From Callorhinchus milii (Eukaryota): DNA of 64,000 nucleotides. Both the position numbers and the translations under genes were made by a program. The stretch lies in the NCBI RefSeq assembly GCF_018977255.1, contig NW_024704742.1:84198001-84262000 (forward strand). The letters are read 5' to 3'. How positions within the stretch are numbered: the stretch's first letter is position 1; each line of letters opens with the position of its first letter. A model generated the notes under the pieces. That model worked only from the letters and a program-made list of their open reading frames with translations. It did not search any database and was not told the origin of the DNA. This document shows, one piece after another, positions 27,033-38,367 of this stretch.

Positions 27033-27795
27033 AATAATAATAATCCTTGCATTTGATGTAGCGCTTTATTACATCTTCGAGACATCTCAAAGCGCTTCAC
27101 AGAATATACTGTAAAGTGAATTGACTGTATGTTTTGTGGGCGAAACGCGGCAGCCAATTGTGCACAGCAGTGTCCCACAAACAGTTGTGGATTGAAGCGA
27201 CCAATTTATTATTGGCTCCGGCTCCAGTCTGCTCCACGTCCCCCGCCCCAACCGCCCTACCATCGGTGGTCGGGCCTTCAGCCTCTCAGCCCCCAGGCTC
27301 TGGAACTCCATCCCCCAGTGCCTTCGCCTTGCTTCCTCCCTTTCCTTCAAGGCCGGTCTCAAAACCTTTCTCTTGACCGAGCCTTCAGCTCCCCTCTCGA
27401 CTCGCTTCCCCCTCCTCCCTCCCTCCCTCCCCTCACCCTGACCATTTCCCCCCTCCTTGCTCCTCCTTTCCCTCCCCTCACCCTGACCATTTCCCCCTGC
27501 TCGGTCATGACCCAACTGTGCAGCGCCTTTGGACGTCCTCCTGACGTGAAAGGCGCTTTATAAATGGAATCTTGTTGTTGTTGTTGTTGTTGTATTATTA
27601 TTATTTTTCTGAAGGAGTTATTACCCCTGGCAAAGCGATCCACCAATCGACTAACAACCAGGTTCCTACTTACTGCTAGGTAAACAGAGGTGTGTGGAGT
27701 AAGGAAACTTGCCCAACATTTCGCCCTCCCGGAAATCAAACCCAGGTCACTCGCTTGCGAGGTGAGTGCTCTAACCACTGAGTTACAGGACTCCA
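27033..27795 (-). mobile_element. tRNA-derived Deu-type SINE family A, full length, split by an L2 insertion
   Basis: Head at 27594-27795; core and tail at 27033-27213. Confidence 0.88.
27214..27593 (+). mobile_element. Young L2-type 3' fragment nested in a SINE
   Basis: Same subfamily as 18412-18745, (TTG)n tail, flanked by tattatt. Confidence 0.88.
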
Positions 27796-27924
27796 CAATC
27801 AAGTCATAATGTATTGACTTGATTCTAAGGGGTGGGTATTTTTCAATAAAATATGCCCCCCAATATTGGGAGGGCTGGGGGTTGCGAGCCTTAGAATCAC
27901 GGGCGTTATGTAAATGGTAAGTAG

Positions 27925-28220
27925 TAATAAGTACTTATATAGCGCCCTCCATGCCGGATGGTGTCTCAGAGTGCTTCACAGTAACGGATCCCGGGGCCGA
28001 GCCAGGGGGAGGGGGAGGAAGGTGACCAAAGGCGAGGTTGAAAAGAAAGGTCTACAGACGAGACCTGAAAATAGGAAGAGAGAGGGTGAGGCGAAGGGAG
28101 TGAGGAAGGGGGTTCCAAAGCCTCGGGGCATAGAGGCTGAAAGCACGGCTGCCGAGGGTGGAGCGGAGGACTCTGGGGACAAGGAGGAAGCCAGACCCGG
28201 AGGAACGAAGGCACTTATAA
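27925..28220 (-). mobile_element. L2 LINE 3' fragment, same subfamily as 60165-60812
   Basis: tatatagcgccctcca...cagagtgcttcaca...gggagggggaggaaggtgaccaaagg segment shared with 60185-60440. Confidence 0.82.
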
Positions 28221-29599
28221 GTAATTGGGAAGGGTTTGATGCTGGTAGTCGTCAGAGTTTGCCTGCTTAAGGACCCTGCGAATGCTTATGTTTGTGACAA
28301 CGCCCTCCCAGTGTATGTACCTGCATTTTCTGGGTATCCTGTACTTTGTGTCACACCAACACTTCAACAGGTTTATGTAAACCAGGCTGACTGAGATCAC
28401 ACTCCTGATGTAGTGCTTGACGCACATCTTTCTGACCCAGAGGTGAGAGTGCTACCAAATGTATCAGACTGGTACCAGTATATCAAAAGACCATTCTGTT
28501 AGTACAGAACACAGGTATGGCTGTACATTACACTAACTTCCTTTGTCCACAGTGCTGGCTATTTTTCTCTCACAAGTTGAGATATGATCTATACACATTT
28601 CCTTTACTATTTTGTGGTGAGCAGAGTTTTAATGCCAGATCACCTCAGAATCCAAATGTGTGTTGCTACTCAACGATGACTTATATCCTGCTGTGAGGTG
28701 ATACTGCTGCCAGATAGTGTACTGGGACCATTTACAGCTTTAACAAATAACCTAGTCAGATATTAAATGCGGTGATGTAATCAAGGGCTAGGATTTAAAG
28801 TTGCACGAAATTTAATTTGAACAGGAATGTTGTGTAGTGCATGAATTCCCTATACAGTTGTACTGGCTCTGGAAGTTTCTACAACAGGAAATGCCTGCTC
28901 ACACTTCCATTGGCACATGTGAAGAGAAGGCCTATATGGCCTCGCTGCAGTCTTCAAGATGCAGAGCTGAACAGCTGGAATCTATATAACTCTCAAACAT
29001 ACATAACATTCTGTTCATTTCTAAATGCTTGTCTATGTAATATACTATCCAGCAGCCTCCGGTGTTTCAGTTCAATCAAGAAATGGACTTTCCAGGTGGG
29101 AGAGGGAGGGGTTAGATCAGGTCAACTCTACTCAAAGTTGATTCTGCAAGCTACACTTTGAAATGTTAATTCCGAATGACACATTTGGATTCTGACACCA
29201 GCTTCCTGTTATGCTGAATCTCCATTTGCAAACCCTGAGGCCAGTCTTAGCATAACTAGAGACCACTTGGGTGTCATCCCAATCTCAAACAATTTGAATG
29301 AGGTCAATTTGGAAAGCTTTAATTTTGTCCATAAACTCCTGCACTTTTCCCTTAATTAAGTTGGGAATTTGTAAATGGCTTGGGAGCTCATTCCTAACTG
29401 CATACGTCCAAACTGGCTTTTAACTTTTTAATGATGTTTATCCATTGCATCGAGGACAGTTGAAACTGCAGCATGCCTCACGCAATGTGAAGGTTGCATA
29501 GATTTTGTTGATTTATGTATGGGAAATGTTATTTTCATAGAAAAACACCATATTTCAGGCAAAATCTAAACAGATGTGTTCTAGGATCTGTGGAAAGGT

Positions 29600-29744
29600 T
29601 AGTGTTCACGGCTTTTGGAGTTTTCTTTATATGTGATTAGATCAACTGCAGGGTAGTGTTTATCTGCCTGAGATCAAACAGATAAACACTACCCTGCAGT
29701 TGATCTAAACATATATAAAAAAACTCCAAAAGCCGTGTTCACTA
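29600..29744. repeat. Near-perfect 145-bp inverted repeat (foldback)
   Basis: 29637-29666 is the exact reverse complement of 29679-29708. Pairing continues imperfectly out to the terminal TAGTG/CACTA. Confidence 0.92.
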
Positions 29745-30136
29745 CAACAACAACTTGCATTTATATAGAGCCCTTCATGTAGGGTAATATCTCAGAGCTG
29801 AAACCTGAAGCCATTTTTCAATAATTTCTTTTAAAAACTACCAGAAAACCAGCTTCATAGTTGAGACTGAATTCACCAATTTGCTAAATCATTTCAGGAC
29901 GAGTCAGTCTATATCTTTGACTGCATTTTCGGTCAGTCACCTCTGAATTCCTAACTCCCTTTTTTAAAAGTTTTAAAAGAAATTACCAAAAAATGGCTTC
30001 GGATTTCAAAGTGTGTTTCGGAGGATCACTGTCCAAATCACCAAAGTTCATATCAATGGTGGTGCGCTGTAAGCAATTCTGTTCACAATGGAATTCTGTT
30101 GAGCTTTGCTCATCTGAAGATTGAAAACATCCTTAC

Positions 30137-30328
30137 CTTGCTTGGAACACTCTTCCGAAGGCTCCCTCTCCAATGTCTCGCACATACTCAATGTTATTCC
30201 TTGGGTATTCAAGGCCGAGCAGTTTAGCATTTAGAAGTAGGGGTAATCTCTGGTACATTGGGTTGGGATGAAGTCTGTCGAGCAGCAATTCTGAAGGAAA
30301 AGCTGTTAGAGTCGGTGTTTCAGCTCCT
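30137..30328 (-). CDS. MUSK: MuSK exon, juxtamembrane NPMY motif and kinase glycine-rich loop (192 nt, phase 2-2)
   Basis: ttctacttacag acceptor and CAAG|gtaagg donor. Encodes [52 protein letters not shown](R), diagnostic of MuSK. Confidence 0.97.
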
Positions 30329-30773
30329 CTGTAAGTAGAAAAGAAAATGTGACTAATAATGATAGTATTTAAATAAACACTTTGAAGCCAGATAATAGTA
30401 GTCTGCATTTTATAACATCAGAACATCTCAAGTGCTTCACAGCAATTAATGCCAAGTGTAGTCATTGTTTTTGTAGGCAAACATGGCAGTTATTTTGTAC
30501 ACAATGTCCCAAAATAGCCATGAAATTACTTACAAATTTTATTTGGAGGATTGTTAGTCAGGGAGAAACTCCCTTCTCTTTTCAAGTTGTGTCCAGGGAA
30601 CCATAAAAATCAACACAGTATTAGGCCATTTGACTCAGTGTCAGTGATAGGCTCTTCATTTTCTACCTAAGGGACAGGGATTTGGTTTAGTATCTCATCC
30701 AAAGGACAACACATCTGAGTACTGTGCTGGAGTGTCAGCATGGACAGCTCAAGGGCGAAGGGTTGAACACACA

Positions 30774-31052
30774 ATAATAATAATAATCCTTGCATTTGAT
30801 ATAGCGCTTTTCACGTCGGGAGGACGTCCCGAAGCGTTTCACAGAACACACTGTAAAGTGAATTGACTGTATATTTGTGGGCGAACGCGGCAGCCAATTG
30901 CGCACAGCAATGTCCCACAAACAGTCGTAGATTGAAAATGACCAATTTATTATTGTTTTGGGTTTTGGAGGGATTATTATTAGGCTGTGTGTGGAGTAAG
31001 GAAACTTGCCCAAGGTTTCGCCCTGCCTGGACCCAGAGACGAGAGTGCTCCA
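30774..31052 (-). mobile_element. tRNA-derived Deu-type SINE family A (short form)
   Basis: Core and tail almost identical to 44646-44957; head partly deleted. Confidence 0.88.
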
Positions 31053-31485
31053 ACCAAATCAAGTTTACACCAATCTGAATTTTCCTTGTAGCTGAGATTG
31101 TTGTTTTCCAGGCAAGTCTTTGTTCAGGCTTTGCTGACTAGAGCTCCACATTTCATCATGTATATATAATGATCCTTGCATTTAATATAGCACACTGGGA
31201 GGATATCTCAATGTGTCTTCACATGATTTACTACGAAGTGCCGTGATTGCGTATTTTATAGGCAAACGCAGCAGCCAATTTGCGCACAACAATGTTCTAC
31301 AAATGAAACGAATTTTACAAACCAGAAATTGCAATTAACTAGAAGTTGCAATCCAATGAATTTCTAAAGTTGCATTGTTCAAACCTGGTCATAGAGACAA
31401 ACATAGAAGGGGCAGGAAGCAATTCAATTCACATTACCCATTTGCATTCCTTTTATGGAAATAATAGCACAAAGGCATCTCTCAC

Positions 31486-31666
31486 CTTTTCCTATTCTTC
31501 CATTCCTTCTGTTGCCGGTGGCACATTAGAGCTGCGAATATCAGTAACACGATGACTGCAAAGCCTGAGATAATGAAAATGATGACAGTCATGGAGTAGG
31601 TTGCAGAGTTAAGGATCGGGGTGTTGGATGTTCCTGCCTTTGTCTCCCCACCTATTATTGGGGTTC
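31486..31666 (-). CDS. MUSK: MuSK exon, stalk and transmembrane helix (181 nt, phase 1-2)
   Basis: ttttctttccag acceptor and AAAG|gtgaga donor. Hydrophobic YSMTVIIFIISGFAVIVLLIFAALMC is followed by basic HRQQKEWKNRK(R). Confidence 0.93.
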
Positions 31667-32159
31667 CTGGAAAGAAAAGGCACATTTGAGAATGTGATTA
31701 TTTAGTACAGTACTTAAGAAACACTGGAAACATTCACACGTGGTTGGCATGAGAACAATCTGTCTGTGATGGGTCTTCGTTCTATGGGGTGAAAAGTGTA
31801 GCATATAAGGTGAGAATTCACATTGCATGCTCCGTTTTGCATGTCTACACCCACCAGTGTCAGCAGGAAGTTATAGACAAAATTATTGTAAAAGCACACA
31901 GATCGATTTTATAAACTTTGTTTATTTCTCACAACATATATTATTGAGGGACCACTTCTGTTCCAAACCAGAAAGAAACGCCTGTGAGTCAGGCTGACTT
32001 GCCTTCCATCTATTTCTCTCTCCCTTTGGGGAACACTTCTTGCCTTTGAAGTTGCCTCCAACAGCCTACCTGAGATCAAGAGGTAATATAGGTAGTTCTA
32101 TATTTCATTTGTACTTGTGGAGGATCAACTCTTTGCTTACCAGTAAACCATGGAAGTCT

Positions 32160-32720
32160 ACCTCATAGCAAGAGGCCATTCAACCCATTGTATTTGTTTT
32201 GATGTTTGCTCCTCCAATAATGACATCTATTCTAATCCCAATTCCTTTGCTTATCCCCCATAGCCTCCAATGTTCTTCCTCCATATGTGCATATCTGATT
32301 CATTTATAATTTCCTCCAATCTCCTTCATACCAACAGCTACCCTTAGCAATGTATTCTATATTCTGGGAGAGAAAAACTTCCCAAGTTCCTTATTTATGC
32401 TCCTAGTTAGAATCTTATATTTATGTCCTCTTGTCCTTGAATCACCTTTCAGAGCAAAAGCTTCCTCACCATTTATCCTCCCAAGCCGTTTTGTTCACTT
32501 ACATCTACTCTGCTCCAGTGAAAGTAATCCTCCAACCTCTCCTCAAAGCCTTATCCTCTCACTCCCAGTATCATCCTTGTAAATCCACACTGCACCCTCT
32601 CCACGGCTTTAGCATCCTTTCTATAGTGCGCTGCCTAAACCTGCACACAACATTTCAGTTGTGGCCTACCCTTTACCTTATAAATATTCATCATAATTTC
32701 CTTGCTTTCAAGTTCAGTCA
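32160..32720 (-). mobile_element. Decayed CR1-type LINE 3' region
   Basis: gaggccattcaaccca...ccccatagcc...gagaaaaacttcc...catccttgtaaatc pattern typical of shark CR1 3' ends. Confidence 0.5.
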
Positions 32721-32799
32721 TGAGTGATTTATTCTTGGCTAGCATTGAGACATAACAATTCCACTGCACTTCTGACACACTGTATGTGGAAACACATAC

Positions 32800-32959
32800 C
32801 ATTGGTGCATAGACGGACATTGCAGAATTCCCATCTGATCGATCGATCCATAGTGTAGCACCAAGGACGCTCACTCTCACCGCCAGGGTTACGGCAGTAG
32901 TTTTCCGAATTGGTCAGTTCTGGAAATATTTCTGGCAAACGTCTATGGAAATGGGGAGC
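32800..32959 (-). CDS. MUSK: MuSK exon, kringle domain part 2 (160 nt, phase 0-1)
   Basis: cccacaaag acceptor and AATG|gtatgt donor. Encodes [53 protein letters not shown](G), with the kringle NYCRNP and PWCY signatures. Confidence 0.95.
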
Positions 32960-34286
32960 CTTTGTGGGTGGAAATGAAAAGAGGGATAACAAATCAAAAC
33001 AACATTTATTTTGTCAGTGACAACTGCAGATCTCATGAGAAGAATAGGTTTTCTAACTCTGATGAGTTAAATGAGTTTTCAAACAAAAATTGTAATTCCA
33101 CAAATATTTCTGAATAGACTAATTTTACATTTCGCTCACAAAATACATAGTCACTGCACTTTACAATATATCCTGTGAAGTGCTTAAGTGCTTTGAGACA
33201 TCTCAGCAACATGATAGGGTGCAACATCAAATGCAAGGATTATTAGCACTTTAGGATGTCCTCCTGACGTGAAAGGTGCTCTATAAATGTAATTTTGTTG
33301 TTGTATTATTATTATACAAGTTGAATTTTTTTCTCTCTCCCCTGAAGACCTCGACTCACACCGGGGTACAATTCCATTGGTTCCATCTACTCATCATACC
33401 TATTTCAGAGGTCACTTTCTATGTATAGATAATACAGTAGTAATCCTTGCATTTCAGGATAATGTCTAAAAGTACATGACAGTATATACTGCAAAGTGCA
33501 GTGACTCTGTGTTTTGTAAGTAAACACAGGAATCATTTTGCATAGAGCAATGTCCCACAGATAGCCACAAAGTAAATGAATGATCAATTTTATTTGGGGG
33601 ATTTTTGACATTGGGAGAAACTCCCTTCTCGTTTTGAACAGTGGCGTGGGATCTTTAACCTCCATCTGAACAGGCAGACAGGACCTCGGTTTAACATCTT
33701 ATCTGAAGGACGAAACTTCCAACAATAGACTGCTCTTCCAGCACAGCACTGAAGTTTCAGCATGTGTCAACTGTGAGATCAAAGTCCTGACATTGGACTG
33801 AAACTCACAATCTTGTGTATTGCTTATACGCAGGCTGTTTTATTTATTGAGGAGCTTCAGAGCTGAGCCCAATCCTATTTTTGCCCAACAAGGCACATTT
33901 GACAGTAATCAGCAATGTTAAAGACACCTATTATGTTCCACCCTAACCTTGTTGCTGCCCCCATTCAACCCCCTTATCACAGACCAGGAATCAAATCTGG
34001 TACTTTCCACCATGTTTTTATGATAATTTGCATTGGGGATTTACCAACTAAACCAATTTTGGATTAATTATTATGATAGTTTCACAGTTGAGTCTATCCT
34101 GAATCTATCACAGGCTTGAAACAATACTGGATTTTCCAAATAATTTAAGACTTGAGATCAGATATACAGGCAAATAATAGGGGGTGATTCAGTAGCACTG
34201 CCAAGGAAGTGGAAGAAGGTTAATATACAGTTAATAAACATGTGAACAGTACATCAGTGGTAACTTTGTTTACAATAGGCACTAAC

Positions 34287-34375
34287 CTGCTCACTCCATT
34301 TTTGACAGGAAATACCAGATACTGTGACATTCACTGACCCCTGGTAATATCTCCCTCGGTCTCTGTAACACGTTT
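34287..34375 (-). CDS. MUSK: MuSK exon, kringle domain part 1 (89 nt, phase 1-0)
   Basis: tttccacag acceptor and CAG|gttagt donor. Encodes [29 protein letters not shown] (kringle CY..G..Y.G....T.SG..CQ.W). Not in the supplied ORF track. Confidence 0.92.
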
Positions 34376-34772
34376 CTGTGGAAACCAACAACAACAAATT
34401 GCATTTATATAGAACCTTTCACATTGGGTGGATATCCCAAAGTGCTGATAAACCAGGATGATAAAAACATGCAAGGATTATTATTATTATTATTACAATT
34501 GCAAGTGTAAACAAAAAATGCATGATTCCTGAGCACATCCTTTCTTTATTTAAGGAATGTCATTAAGATGTGATTTCTGATGATTTCTGATGAGTAGTAG
34601 AGGCCAAATTTGGATGAAAACGCAGGGACAACTTCTTTGGAGTCCAGTAGCTCAATTATTATTACTTATCAGCAATCGTTTTACATGTTCCAAAATGGCC
34701 TTCCAAGCTTATTCATGGGATGTTGTCATACCTCAGATTGAGTTAGGCAAGCCTCTCCTGAGTAAGTGTGGA

Positions 34773-35090
34773 AATAATATTAATAATCCTTACATTTGAT
34801 ATCGCACCTTATCATGTCTTCTCGACAACTCAAAGCGCTTCACAGAATATACTGTAAAGTGAATTGACTGTATATTTTGTTTTTGACCAATTTGTTTTTG
34901 TATTTTTTTNAAGGAATTAATACCCCCGGAAAAGTGATCTGTCAATCAACTAACAACCGTGTTCCTACTTACTGCTAGGTAACAGAGGCATGTGGAGTAA
35001 GGAAACTTGCCTAACATTTCGCCCTGCCTGGAATCGAATCCAGATCTCTCACTTGCGAGGCGAGTGTTCTAACCACTGATCTACAGGACT
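34773..35090 (-). mobile_element. tRNA-derived SINE family A (long form, core deleted)
   Basis: Head at about 35020-35090, tail at about 34773-34880. Contains an N at 34910. Confidence 0.85.
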
Positions 35091-35701
35091 GGATAGACCA
35101 CTTTAGGCACTCAAAAGATGATACCTGCTACGTGAGATTCAAGATAGTGTTCGGGCTCAGGGCTTTACACCCGAGGTTTGGTGCTACCATTATTTAGAAG
35201 TCAGGGGGTATTTTCAAAACATATCTTAATGGCATTCCTTGAATAAGGAAAGGAATGTATTTACGACCACCACAATTTTTAATCTAATATTTCAAAGCTA
35301 CATAGGCTTGATTAGTTTTACTGTCAATCACAGCTCCTCCGCAAGCATTTTATTTGAAAGGTTGAAACATCAGGGAAATTGGCAGAAGTCCAGCTGAGTG
35401 GTTTTGAATCGGAAACGAAGAGGACCCTTGGCTCCAGCAAACATATTTTTNAGAGTTGAGGTCAATTCAGCAATCCTGGAATCAATCAAAACTTTCCTTG
35501 GAGCCACAAATAATTCTGAGTCTACAGCTTATCCACCTCATTTTGACATTACATTACATTTCAGCCTATTCTGCTCAGATCATTAGCTTACACTGACGGG
35601 CAAGCTGGCGATAATCACTTGTCAGCCCCAGCGGTGAAACATTTCAGCAAAATTGATGAAAAATATATGTAGAAAATCAGGCAAACTACAAACCTTTTAA
35701 T

Positions 35702-36790
35702 AACAACAACAACAAATTACGTTTGTATAGTGCCCTTCTCATAGGGAGGACATCTCAAAGTGCTGGACAGTCAGCGATGTCCTCCTAATGTGAAGGGCGC
35801 TATAGCCCTCCATCCTTCCTGATCCCAACCCCTCGAGCAGGGGTGTTGGGATCAGGAGGGGGGGGGAGAGCAGGGAAGGGCAAGGAGGTTAGGAGAGTGC
35901 CCGAAGGTGCAGTCGAAGAGGAGGGTCTTGAGATGTGCCTTGAAAGAGGCAAGGGAGGGAGCAAAGCAAAGGGACTGTGTGATGGAGTTCCAAAGGTTGG
36001 AGGCAGAGAGGTTGAAGGTACGACCTCCGATGGTGAGGTGGACCGGCTGGGGGCCATGGGGCAGTGGAGGGAGTCAACAGGTTGATATTGGGTTAGCAGG
36101 TCACAGAGGTAGGAAGGAGCAGAGTGGATGTGGAGGGAGAGGTTGAGAGAGGAGAGAGGAGAAGTCTGAGGAGATGGAGCAGGAGGGGATGAAGTGGAGG
36201 TTGAAGTCGCCTAGGATGATGATGCGGTCAGCGCAGAGGCAGAGGGAAGCAAAGAGGGTGGAGAGGATTTTGGGGGACGATAGAGTAAGAGAATTTTCAG
36301 AGAGAGGTGAGAGGGATGGCAGAGGATAAGGTGTTTGAAAGAGGGGAACGAGCCGGTGGAGTAGGGGGATAGGGCAAGTGACGCCCTGGATATGAGGGCC
36401 ACACCACCGCCACGATAGTTGGGGTGTGGGGCATGGTGGTAGGTGTAGCCGGGTGGTATGGCCTCAGTGAGGGGAAAGGTGTCACCTGGGGTGATCCAGG
36501 TTTCTGTTAGTGCCGTGATGTCAATGTTCTCATCGAGGATGAGTTCTTTGATGGCCAGGGTCTTGTTGGAGATGGAGCGGACATTTTGAAGACCAATGCA
36601 GAGTGGATAGTTGGCAGGGGGATGTGTGGGATGGGAGGGGGTAGTGGAATGGTTGGGAGGGAGAGTGGGAATGTAGATGAGGGAGGAGAGATTAGCCACT
36701 GGGGTCAGAGTCCAGGGTGGCTTGCAGCGGTAGTGGGGAATGAGGCAGTCGGTGTTGCTGCTGCTGGACAGCCAGCGCCGAGTGCCACAA
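35702..36790 (-). mobile_element. L2-clade LINE with AP-endonuclease region joined to the 3' end (internally deleted)
   Basis: ORF 36211-36699 has LQNVRS, ALTETW, GGGVALI and LYRPP, with ILGDFN just after in a shifted frame. The L2 3' UTR and (GTT)n tail follow directly. Confidence 0.88.
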
Positions 36791-36929
36791 TGAGCCTCAT
36801 TTCACTTTTCACACCTCAGATTTTACTTTACAGATGTAGGCATTTTTAAACTCTATTTCAGAAGTGCAGAACATTTTGACCCATTAAATATAGTTGGAGT
36901 GGTTTCTCCTTTCATTTGGTCAGTGCCTG

Positions 36930-37318
36930 CTTGGCTCAGTTCATAGCACTTTTGCTTCTAACTCAGAAGGTTTGGGTTTCAGCCCCATGTGGGGACTTTA
37001 CACTTCTGGTTAAAGCTGACATTGGGAGATTGCTGCATTGTCGGACTGCCATCCTTTGGATGAGAGAATGAGGTCCTGTCAATCTGTTCAATTGAACATT
37101 AAAGTTTTCACGACACTATTCAAAAAGAGAAGGAAGTTTCTTCCAGTGTCCTGGCCAACAATTCCCAGATAAAATTGGTTATCCACTTTATGTCCGTTTG
37201 TGGGACATTGCTATGTGAAAATTGGTTGCCACATTCGCCTACAAATGCAGTCAATACTGTGGTAAACCCTGTGAAGTGTTTCAATGACATGATACGGTAT
37301 TACATCAAACACAAGAAA
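36930..37318 (+). mobile_element. Older tRNA-derived DeuSINE family B (SacSINE1-like), most complete copy
   Basis: ggctcagtt..tagcact..cagaagg..gggtttcagcccca head, ggatgag..gaggtcctgtc..gttca body, tttgtgggacattgctatg..aattggttgcc core. Further decayed copies at about 2280-2540, 19065-19400, 21230-21512, 26060-26335, 30410-30735, 33440-33810, 44210-44425, 47900-48230, 48375-48580, 57170-57480 and 61545-61830. Confidence 0.72.
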
Positions 37319-38367
37319 TATCTATGTTTAGGTGCATTTGTGAAAGTACAATAGGTCAGCTATACTGCAGGTTCTATGTTCATACAATGCAATTTTTTTT
37401 GCTTCAAGAACTGTGATATATCTATGTTAGCTAGAAATTCAATTTTTGCATTATTATTAACTATGGAATTATTGTGCTATCCTTGGCATTCAGGTAGACA
37501 GTTCCTGTACTGGAAACATTTCCAAATGTCAAAGGATGTGGAATGTTCAACATTTTCCTGAGGGTAACATTCCTGTGCTCGTGAATTTCAATGGTGTGCA
37601 TTACACCACTATTATATCCACACCGTTTAAAACCCCAAATATTAGTCAGCCAAATGAGCTTCAGATGATCAATGTGGCTCAGGTTCAATCTACCTCCTTT
37701 TGGTCATACTCCAATCCAATGAATGCTCAGAAAATTCACAATTTGGGCTCTGGCTTTTCCTGACTTTTGAAGCAAAAATATTCTGAGCCGTAATGAATTG
37801 AAACAGAAAGAGACAGCAAGAAGTTGAAAGATCTTAAAGTTACCAATTTAAGTAACAAACGCCCTCCTCTGCCACAAACGCCCTCCTCCGCCACAAACTC
37901 CGCTACAAATGCCCCTTCCATTACAAACCTGTACACACAGTGTGCTTGGCCCCAGGCCTCTGGTCATTGTTTTCTCGACACTGCTACTGTGAGTGGAGCG
38001 GCTCCAGTCACGGATGCATGACATCGGGGGGTGTTGGGATTGCGGAGATAGCGCAAGAGGGAAATAGGCTTCGCCCACCAGTGAGTGAAATAGCAGCTGC
38101 GGGACACGACTTGTGTCTATTTGCCTGACCCCTAACCTAATCTGAACTCCTGCTACCAATTTTTGTTCAGTGCTGAACTATTCAAATGAACATTTTTAGT
38201 ATTTTAAACATGACTACGTCTTCAGGAAATATATACCTACAGTTTTAATGTGGGTTGTTTCACAAAATCTGTCTCTCAATAGCACTAATCAACCCTCTAC
38301 AATTTTCCACAAAATTTGTCAAATGCCCCCCAATTGTTGGTAAATGTTTCTGCCCAAAGTGGATCTG

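Noticed and set aside
34910..35451. Two N bases (34910 and 35451)
   Set aside because: Assembly ambiguities at the ends of T homopolymers, not biology.
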